A stretch of 64,000 bases of DNA from a virus. The stretch is from positions 5,087-69,086 of the IMG/VR virus record IMGVR_UViG_3300030333_005770. The stretch is one strand, 5' to 3'. Of the stretch, positions 63,594 to 64,000 are shown piece after piece. Position numbers and translations under genes: made by a program. Within the stretch, counting starts at the first letter, position 1, and each line of letters opens with the position of its first letter. A model generated the notes under the pieces. That model did no database searches. It had not been told where the DNA came from and saw only the letters and a list, made by a program, of their open reading frames with translations.

Positions 63594-64000
63594 AAATCTT
63601 GACCGTTGACCCCGGCGTCGGTGGTGGGATGGCTCTTTATGATAGTGCCGATGGTACCCTGGAGCTTGAAAAATTCACCACTGAGCATGAGTTCATCACC
63701 TTCGCCCGTCGGCTGTTGACCAAGGACCATCAAGCAACAGCTTACGTAGAAGATGTCCCCTCTTATGTAAGTCGTGCGACATCCAACGCGAGTAGTTTCA
63801 AATTGGGGTATAACTTCGGTTTCGAGGTGGGTGTTCTTCGTGGGATGGACGTACCAGTCAACCTCGTTGGTCCTAAGTCGTGGCAGAAAGGTCTCCGGGG
63901 GTTGAAGCCTAAGATGGGGTATACTGAGCGTAAACGGCAGTTAAAGGACAACGCGGTCCGGCTGTATCCCGATTACAAAATAACGAACGCCACGGCTGAC
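63590..64000 (+). CDS. RuvC-like Holliday junction resolvase (3'-truncated by window edge)
   Basis: GTG start; ILTVDPG..GG, YVE.V, F..G.NFG, P..WQK and ...AD motifs; not in the ORF track. Confidence 0.85.
   Translation, partial: MKILTVDPGVGGGMALYDSADGTLELEKFTTEHEFITFARRLLTKDHQATAYVEDVPSYVSRATSNASSFKLGYNFGFEVGVLRGMDVPVNLVGPKSWQKGLRGLKPKMGYTERKRQLKDNAVRLYPDYKITNATAD

Noticed and set aside
1-64000. Diversity-generating retroelement, retron, CRISPR-Cas or alternative genetic code
   Set aside because: I saw no reverse transcriptase, TR/VR pair or repeat-spacer array. Standard-code ORFs tile the window densely.

Overview
Most of a tailed dsDNA phage genome with podovirus-like head/tail architecture. 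It is probably temperate, and the host cannot be determined from this window. Layout: (1) 1-6.2 kb (+): replication module (Cas4/DUF2800-like exonuclease tail, SSB-like protein, family A DNA polymerase, dNMP kinase, primase-helicase, PD-(D/E)XK nuclease). (2) 6.8-8.0 kb (+): tyrosine integrase. (3) 8.0-50.1 kb (-): virion and packaging genes, including a 5832-aa polyvalent ejection protein. (4) 50.5-62.5 kb (-): early/accessory module (rIIB, rIIA, two HhH glycosylases, GP88-like, DUF932-like, WYL_2-like, DUF2828/TROVE-vWA, ParB-like). (5) 62.6-64 kb: iteron-like AT-rich region, HNH, RHH regulator and RuvC-like resolvase. The most unusual signals are non-coding or sub-genic: three copies of a covarying H-type pseudoknot, two of them inside a hairpin-rich putative ncRNA; two directly repeated 11-6-11 dif-like sites, each with a 24-bp companion box, bracketing the 11.5-kb accessory module; an ACAACCGGT box at a fixed offset from apparently leaderless late-gene starts; and repeated (L/Y)GSS junctions in the giant protein, one followed by a cryptic twin-arginine motif. 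All family calls are from motif recognition by eye; no database searches were run.
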